Position numbers and translations under genes: made by a program
Source of the DNA: a virus
Taxonomy: Duplodnaviria; Caudoviricetes
Virus record (IMG/VR): IMGVR_UViG_3300032213_002204
Coordinates: 1-58,005 of that record
Length of the DNA: 58,005 nt
Direction: 5' to 3' (one strand)
Shown here: piece after piece, positions 53,544 to 58,005 of the stretch
Numbering within the stretch: the stretch's first letter is position 1
Layout of the letters: every line of letters begins with the position of its first letter
The notes under the pieces: model-generated
What the model saw: the letters and a program-made list of their open reading frames with translations, nothing else
What the model was told of the DNA's origin: nothing
Database searches by the model: none

Positions 53544-55031
53544 CTATTTAAATGAGGGTGGGAAGAAAGGTGGAAAGAACGGTGGGAAAAAGGGTGGGAA
53601 AAAGGGTGGGAAAAAGGGTGGGAAATATGGTGGGAAATATGGTGGGAAGAAAGGTGGGAAATATGGTGGGAAATATGGTGGGAAGAAAGGTGGGAAATAT
53701 GGTGGGAAATATGGTGGGAAGAAAGGTGGGAAATATGGTGGGAAATATGGTGGGGCTACTGGCGTATGGGGGCCGCCGGTAGAAAATGTTCCACTACGTT
53801 GATAGAAATTATTATATGAATCAATTGATACATAATAGGCAGTGCCATTACTCAATCCAGTAATCGATACCGTATTGCTATTATTTAATCTATCCCATGG
53901 TAAGCCTACATTAAGCGTATAGCCTGCCGTTATTTGCAATGTATACGTAACTTGGTCGGTCGTTGTGTAAATTCTGTATCCGCAACCAGCGTTCAAATTT
54001 CCGCCATATTGGCTGTCTGAGGTTAGTTTATTCCCAGTATCTAAACTGACTGTTATTTCAGCGTTGCCTGCAGTAGCATTGAAGCCGCCAGTAATTTGGT
54101 CTGGTTGTTTGAGCGGAATGATGCTGTTTGAAGAAACCTGTCCGCTTGCTGTAAATGCATTGTTGTATGTGTATATTTTTGCCCAATATGAAGTGCCTGT
54201 AGTTAGTCCTGTGATGGTTGCACTAGTTCCACTTGTTGCCGTCCAGTATGTTGTTGCACTGGTTGTCGTTCCATAGAAAACATAATAGTTTGCGGTGTCA
54301 CCACCACCACTACTAGCAGCGGTCCATGTCACTGTGAAACGACCGGTATTGGTCACCGTAGAGTTTGCTGAATCTGAAACGTTATATCCACCACTTGAGT
54401 CAGTTATTGCAACGTTTGTTGCGTTTGTTGGCGTACCAAGACATGAGGTTGCTGTTCCGGTCGTAGTTCCAGCACTAGAAAAAAGCGAGTTGTTTGTTAC
54501 GACCTTAAAGTAATATGAGTTTCCAACAATAAGGGGGATAGTGGTAGAAGTGGAGGCTGTCGTCGTGTACAACGTCGTTGGGCTTGAGGTAGTCCCATAA
54601 TAAACACTGTAAGTTACGCTCGCAGCACCACCACGACCAGCATTGTCAGCACTCACTGCAGTCCAACTAACCCCAATATTGCCAGACGATGGTCGCGATG
54701 TCGATAATCCAGTTACGTTTGCCGGGGTTGTCAAAGCAGTGACAGCATTTGAAGCACTAGAAGAATCCGATACGACGCCAGTATTCGTGGTTGCCTTAAC
54801 CGTAAACGTGTATGAAGTTCCAGAAGTTAACCCACTGACAGATATAGGACTGGATGCTCCACTGCCAGTATGTCCACCAGAAGAAGTGACCGTATATGAG
54901 GAGATGGTTCCTTTGCCCGCATATGTTGGGGCAGTAAAGGGTACGCTAATAGTTAATACGCTTCCAGCATGCGAAGCGGTACCAATAGTTGGCGTGCCTG
55001 GTTTTTTCCCACCAGAATCAATTAGGGCCAT
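53544..55031 (-). CDS. fibronectin type III repeat protein with a C-terminal PP(F/Y)F repeat (probable virion surface protein)
   Basis: about four FN3-like units (VSGLTSGTSYTFTVKA, ITGLTTGTSYW, ITGLSNGTAYY); TTGCAC-17-TATAAT promoter at 55074-55102. Confidence 0.8.
   Translation of the reverse strand: MALIDSGGKKPGTPTIGTASHAGSVLTISVPFTAPTYAGKGTISSYTVTSSGGHTGSGASSPISVSGLTSGTSYTFTVKATTNTGVVSDSSSASNAVTALTTPANVTGLSTSRPSSGNIGVSWTAVSADNAGRGGAASVTYSVYYGTTSSPTTLYTTTASTSTTIPLIVGNSYYFKVVTNNSLFSSAGTTTGTATSCLGTPTNATNVAITDSSGGYNVSDSANSTVTNTGRFTVTWTAASSGGGDTANYYVFYGTTTSATTYWTATSGTSATITGLTTGTSYWAKIYTYNNAFTASGQVSSNSIIPLKQPDQITGGFNATAGNAEITVSLDTGNKLTSDSQYGGNLNAGCGYRIYTTTDQVTYTLQITAGYTLNVGLPWDRLNNSNTVSITGLSNGTAYYVSIDSYNNFYQRSGTFSTGGPHTPVAPPYFPPYFPPFFPPYFPPYFPPFFPPYFPPYFPPFFPPYFPPYFPPFFPPFFPPFFPPFFPPFFPPSFK
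53550..53753 (-). repeat. 17 x 12 bp coding tandem repeat (PP[FYS]F) with a 36 bp higher-order period
   Basis: (PPYF PPYF PPFF)x4, then PPFF x4 and PPSF. Confidence 0.97.
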
Positions 55032-55151
55032 AATGAAAAATCCTTATATTTTATTATAAATTTATAACGTATAATTATATCAGTAATTTACTTTAAGTGC
55101 AAGCTTATTTAAAGTAAATAGTAATTTTATGAAACTTTTAATAATTTTCTA

Positions 55152-58004
55152 CTACGCCGAGAGGTCGCCCGTTACGACCCAAGTATTGGTGGCACGTTTA
55201 ATCAAGGTAACAGCAGACCACTGGGCCCTAAGTTTGAGCCCTGGCGTACCATTGATAGTGGAAGTTTCTCCACCGCTCGTGGTTCCAGCAATAGTTGTTT
55301 GACCTGAACCAGTTTGCAAAATCATAATCTGTGTTCCGATAGGGAAGGCTATTGAATTATTTGTTGGCACAGTCAATGTGTTGGGCGAACCACCACCAAC
55401 CTCAACTAATTTATCCTTATCTGCCAATACCAATGTATACGAGGCTCCTTGTGCATTTGTTACCAATGTTGATGAAGCAAACTCACGTGCCGTGACACCA
55501 TCACCAACAATAATTTTGTCAGCGGTTGTATCCCACGCTATTCTTCCATCCGTCGTAGACGTTGTTGCTGACAGCGTCAATATGGGAGATGCAATTGTTG
55601 GGTTTGGACCGAACGATGTCAGGCTTGACGCTGTAACGCCGGAACCAAGTGTTGTCGCACTTAATACAGTAGTTCCATTTATTTCGTATACTTTGCCAGT
55701 AAGTAGGTTGAAGTCCTCGGATGATGTCCACGCTGACGTAAGGCTAACCCAGTTAAGCGTCTTGTCCGTGCTTCCTCTAAGCGTAATACCACCGCCATCG
55801 GCAGTCACGTTTGTGGGAGTGGTAACTGAACCGAGTTCAATATTTTTATCATCGACACTTATTGTTGTCGAGTTAATAGTTGTCATCGTGCCTTCAACAG
55901 TGAGGTTGCCCTTAATGTTGACTGTCGCGCCAGTCGTACCACTACCAAGATTAATTGTTGCGGTACTGGCACCGATAGTTAATGTTGTCGCGGCACCAGC
56001 GAAGTTTATGGTTGTTGCCGTTGTATTGATTAAATCAAATGAACTACTAGGAGTTGTTAGGCTAGTCGTAATTGCTGGTGATGTACCGAATACAAGGGCA
56101 CCAGAACCAGTCTCATTAGAAATAACACCAGCAAGTTCTGCGGAGGTGGTTGCCGCAAAGGCACTTAATTTATCTGTTGTTTTTGCGTATGTTGCGTCGT
56201 AGGCCTGAACGTTCGTGCCGATAACAAGACCTAGGGTGGTTCTTGCAGCACTAGCGTCTATATCGTCAATTAGGGAACGCCCAAATGTAGTAAGGGTTGT
56301 TGTGCTGGCAGTTCCAGAACCAGTGAAATATGGTAAGGCATCTGCGGCACTTGTCAATCCTGCGATGGCTAGAAGGTCTGCATCATAAGCCTGGACGTCG
56401 GTACCGATAACGATACCAAGTGTCGTGCGCGCAGTTGAAGAATCCGCATCATCGAGAAGGGTGCGGGCAAAAGAAGTTAACGTCGTTGTACTAGCACTTG
56501 ATGTTCCAGTAAAATATGGGAAAGTGTCACTAGCAGCACTAACGCTAGCAAGGACAGCAAGGTCTGCATCATAAGCCTGGACGTCGGTACCGATAACGAT
56601 ACCGAGCGTGGTTCTTGCAGCGTTGGCATTGGCGTCATCAATCAGCGAACGCCCAAATGTGGTGAGCGTGGTGGTGGCAGCGGTTCCAGAACCAGTGAAG
56701 TATGGCAAAGCGTCTGCGGCGCTTGTTAATCCTGCAATGGCTAGAAGGTCGGCGTCGTATGCTTGAACGTTCGTGCCAATAACAAGACCTAGGGTTGTCC
56801 GTGCGGTACTGGAGTCTATATCGTCAATTAAAGAGCGTCCGAATGTAGTGAGGGTCGCAGTACTGGCGGTTCCAGAACCAGTGAAATATGGCAATGCATC
56901 TGCTGTTGAAGTCAAACTTGCGATGGCAGCAAGTTCGGCGTCATACGCCTGGACATCAGCGCCGATGGCTAGACCGAGCGTGGTGCGTGCAGCACTGGCA
57001 TCTACATTACCAATTAAAGAACGCCCGAATGAGGTAAGGGTTGTAGTACTAGCAGTTCCAGAACCAGTGAAATACGGCAGAGCGTCTGCGCTTGAAGTTA
57101 AACTAGCAATAGCGGCAAGTTCTGCATCATGGGCCTGAACGTCAGTCCCAATGACCAAGCCGAGGTTAGTGCGAGCGCCTGCGGCATCCGTAGCACCGCT
57201 ACCGCCATTAACAACAGCGATGGCGGTAGCACTCCATGTGCCAGTAGTAACGGTACCAAGGGTAGTGATTGTTGATTGACCAACGTAAGTGGAAGCGATA
57301 TCTACGCTATCGGCGTTAACAGTAATTCTGTTGGTCGTACCAATAACATCAATACTGTTTCCAGTTTTGGTCAAACCATCTCCAGCTATAACTGTTGACG
57401 TTCCAGTAAATTGCGTAAATGTTAAATCATCAGTTCCAAGAACGTGTACACCAGATGCACCAGATCCTTGAGATGTTAAAACAAAACCTTGGTTTGAATT
57501 AATTGATCCGCTAATTACAAAAATAGCGTCTCCAGCTTTAACTTGTCCAGTAACACTGTTATTAGAATCTGTAGTCCTTGTTAAAACCCACGCAACACTA
57601 ACTGATCCTTGATCTGTCACTGAGTATATTCCATTGTATGTGGCGTTAGCTTGGTTTTTAACTAGAACTCTATCACCAGTAGTTGCATTTGCTCCGTCTA
57701 TGATAAGTCTTGCATTGGCCGTTGCAGTTAACGTTGCCCCTACGCCAGCGGTACCATTGCTATAGCCAGGCGAATTGGGAAGAACTCCATTAGTTGCATA
57801 CTTGGCTGCTTCGTGCCAATTAATTCCTGATGCAATAGAATCAACATATGCTCTAGTGGCAATAACATTAGTGTCAACATCTCCCTGTGGCCCAGTTGCT
57901 CCTTGGGGACCTGTAGATCCCTGAGATCCCGTTGAACCTTGGGGGCCTGTTGCACCTTGCGCTCCTTGTGAGCCAACTGCACCTTGAGGACCGACGTCTC
58001 CCTG
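55152..58004 (-). CDS. tail fibre protein, 5'-partial, with collagen-like and 62 aa repeats
   Basis: the frame stays open to the window edge: G-X-Y (GPQGA...) repeats, ATRAYVD, GDRVLVKNQ...NGIY, ADALPYFTG repeats, C-terminal YTLVLAD...WVVTGDL. Confidence 0.88.
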   Translation of the reverse strand, partial: QGDVGPQGAVGSQGAQGATGPQGSTGSQGSTGPQGATGPQGDVDTNVIATRAYVDSIASGINWHEAAKYATNGVLPNSPGYSNGTAGVGATLTATANARLIIDGANATTGDRVLVKNQANATYNGIYSVTDQGSVSVAWVLTRTTDSNNSVTGQVKAGDAIFVISGSINSNQGFVLTSQGSGASGVHVLGTDDLTFTQFTGTSTVIAGDGLTKTGNSIDVIGTTNRITVNADSVDIASTYVGQSTITTLGTVTTGTWSATAIAVVNGGSGATDAAGARTNLGLVIGTDVQAHDAELAAIASLTSSADALPYFTGSGTASTTTLTSFGRSLIGNVDASAARTTLGLAIGADVQAYDAELAAIASLTSTADALPYFTGSGTASTATLTTFGRSLIDDIDSSTARTTLGLVIGTNVQAYDADLLAIAGLTSAADALPYFTGSGTAATTTLTTFGRSLIDDANANAARTTLGIVIGTDVQAYDADLAVLASVSAASDTFPYFTGTSSASTTTLTSFARTLLDDADSSTARTTLGIVIGTDVQAYDADLLAIAGLTSAADALPYFTGSGTASTTTLTTFGRSLIDDIDASAARTTLGLVIGTNVQAYDATYAKTTDKLSAFAATTSAELAGVISNETGSGALVFGTSPAITTSLTTPSSSFDLINTTATTINFAGAATTLTIGASTATINLGSGTTGATVNIKGNLTVEGTMTTINSTTISVDDKNIELGSVTTPTNVTADGGGITLRGSTDKTLNWVSLTSAWTSSEDFNLLTGKVYEINGTTVLSATTLGSGVTASSLTSFGPNPTIASPILTLSATTSTTDGRIAWDTTADKIIVGDGVTAREFASSTLVTNAQGASYTLVLADKDKLVEVGGGSPNTLTVPTNNSIAFPIGTQIMILQTGSGQTTIAGTTSGGETSTINGTPGLKLRAQWSAVTLIKRATNTWVVTGDLSA
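56194..57176 (-). repeat. five full and one partial 186 bp (62 aa) repeats
   Basis: ARTxLGLVIGTDVQAYDA.L.AIA.LTSAADALPYFTGSGTA.TTTLT.FGRSLI; first to sixth copy offset is 930 bp. Confidence 0.92.
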
Positions 58005-58005
58005 C

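Noticed and set aside
53550-53753. CRISPR-like array
   Set aside because: The 12 bp units are contiguous, have no unique spacers, are in-frame coding, and no cas genes are present.
53416-53802. + strand ORFs encoding GGKK/GGKY or VGNM repeats
   Set aside because: These are antisense shadows of the PP(F/Y)F repeat. The - strand frame is continuous with FN3 domains and has a promoter and SD.
54064-57471. Several long + strand ORFs opposite the FN3 and tail fibre genes
   Set aside because: They are antisense frames produced by Thr/Ala/Gly codon bias and have no recognisable motifs.
1-58005. Stop-codon reassignment as seen in some large phages
   Set aside because: Long genes are intact in code 11, all three stop codons end genes, and there is no suppressor tRNA.

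Overview
The window looks like a 58 kb segment of a large, AT-rich lytic dsDNA phage, probably infecting an actinobacterium (it encodes WhiB, two DUF732 lipoproteins and SLT-type lipoproteins). It uses the standard genetic code. Bases 1 to about 44.3 kb are almost all + strand. This arm holds many small early-type ORFs, 7 tRNAs, a single-subunit two-barrel RNA-polymerase-like gene (YonO/RdRP-like), a DEAD/H helicase, SSB, a UDG-like gene and WhiB. It also holds a complete ubiquitin-like conjugation cassette (E2-like, JAB, E1/ThiF, Ubl ending GEKG, then an AAA+ ATPase) and two further E2-like paralogues. From about 41.7 to 53.5 kb lies a dense block of nine 2OG-Fe(II) oxygenases, methyltransferases, DUF6065 and an atypical glutathione peroxidase. 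Next to it on the - strand are an FN3 protein with a (PP[FY]F)17 tail and a repeat-rich, collagen-containing tail fibre that runs off the window. The strongest novel signals are four: the phage Ubl system, with an apparent -1 frameshift that would give two JAB isoforms; the polymerase with a DxDD and apparently permuted active site, plus a recurring TTCATACAAAA motif; and three tRNAs whose CCA end supplies the A of the next gene's ATG while their acceptor stem contains its Shine-Dalgarno. All protein calls come from motif recognition by eye; no database search was run.
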